64,000 nt of DNA from the NCBI GenBank assembly GCA_051362555.1, contig CM120644.1, forward strand, positions 11,306,567 through 11,370,566, given 5' to 3'. The notes below the pieces were generated by a model. The model had not been told where the DNA came from, did not search any database, and saw only the letters and a program-made list of their open reading frames with translations. The position numbers were made by a program, and so were the translations under genes. Source of the DNA: Lingula anatina. Its lineage: Eukaryota; Animalia; Brachiopoda. Positions 62,635 through 64,000 of this stretch are shown piece after piece (position 1 is the stretch's first letter; each line of letters begins with the position of its first letter).

Positions 62635-64000
62635 GTGAGTAAGAGACTGAATGTAATGAATTAAAGGGAGTCGGTTTTATTTTATTCCATTTCCTTAAAT
62701 CTTGCGTTGAATGAATAAGAATAAGAAAGGTGTCTTCATTTTAGTGTGCGCACCACCTCAATTAGACAGGAAATCATGAAGTATTAACGTCAGCGGGCTG
62801 CGTTCCTTTTTTAACGAAAGGGGAAGCGTAATATGTGTATCACATCGTATGTAATATGCCGGGTTTAGCACTCGAGATAGACTGCCTTTATTCTCTAGGT
62901 TTATATTGCTAATTCATGCCGTATGCGCATTAGATACCCGCAGTGCATATTTCTCAGTGCCATCTGCTGTAGGCTTCAAGGCAGCTATAGCTTCATGTTA
63001 TTTGTGTGGCGATCAATGATTTTTGCGGTGAACGTGCTAGGAAAGATGCTTGGTGTTTCCCAGAAATGAATTTGTGTTCCCGTTGAGCTAGTATGTTCCT
63101 TAGAGATACGGATATATAAACGAGAGCAGGATCCAAAAATACCCAAGTGTAATAAAATACGAAAAATAAGTAGATTTGTTCTTTCATCATATGATATAAA
63201 ATGATAAAATGTGATATCTTTGTTATATCTGCTCTCCCATGCGCGGGAAGACTATGCTTGAATGAGATTGATGAATGTCCCATTTTCCCGCCGGAATGTT
63301 GAGAATCCCATAGATCACATCAGTGCTCATCTCATCGTCTGCAGAATTTTTAATGTTTTCCTTAAATGAAGTTTTTCTCCATTTGGGGTCACAGACGGTG
63401 GTTAGTACGGGAATACGTTAAGCTGCCACGTGTACTTGTCTTTAATATGACTGAAAAGACGACACAGTTTTAATGAGATGGTTTCTTCCTCACTCAAAAA
63501 AAGCTGTCATAAAGTATTGCTCATTTGACCTTTCGACATATGCAGTTTAATATTCGCAGGGAAGATACAGATTCCTTGGGAATGCGGGAGGGAAAGAGTG
63601 CAATCCCATAGTTATATATCCATCAGTGTTTTCATAATAATATGCAATTTGATAAAATCAAGATTTCAGTGCCGGTTATTATTCCCAGTACACGCACTGC
63701 TTATATTCAGGTTTCAAATTTCACCTGAGATAAGAATATTTCATATACATTTTGCTTGATTAAGTATACCCGGTATAAATCTATATAAAAACGCAAAGGT
63801 GTGCTGCTGCTTTCTTACTGGGGAGGTGAAATTAAGAGCAATTAACTCTTAGTTTTAAAATCGTAACGGTTTTAACGTGTAAATTTCTACCAGGTGTGGC
63901 TCGCCTAGATCAGTGAAAGTCGAGCCATATGATAGCGTAGCAAAACATGCAGGTATATTTTCACGCTGAGGCCTCGTTTTCAATTCTTTCTAATATCCAA

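Overview
AT-rich invertebrate (animal) genomic DNA with spliceosomal introns; a lophotrochozoan/mollusc-like origin is an inference. In order: the 3' 18 coding exons of a Tousled-like kinase gene (+, 3392-14567); a convergent 4-exon gene for a membrane-anchored Cys-rich DUF4773-like protein (-, 19139-21202); and an alpha-tubulin cluster with three complete 451-aa genes (A + 22161-24346, B + 32711-35002, C - 47650-53341) and the first exon of a probable fourth (D +, 62632). An intact, very young Ty3/Gypsy (Mag-like) LTR retrotransposon lies at 24937-29575, with a decayed Tc1/mariner and many MITE/Helentron-like elements elsewhere. The standout is an amplified family of 8 short ORFs (36793-59136) in which a non-tubulin, signal-peptide-like hydrophobic leader is fused in frame to only the last ~48 residues of alpha-tubulin (helix H12 plus the acidic tail). 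Most copies keep the tubulin 3'UTR and a candidate TATA / non-coding exon / intron layout. The tails diverge rapidly but mostly stay in frame, and three carry a D-G-S-G motif, found at two different tail positions. They look like tubulin-tail-derived secreted or membrane-anchored micropeptide genes rather than simple pseudogenes. Expression and function cannot be shown from the sequence.
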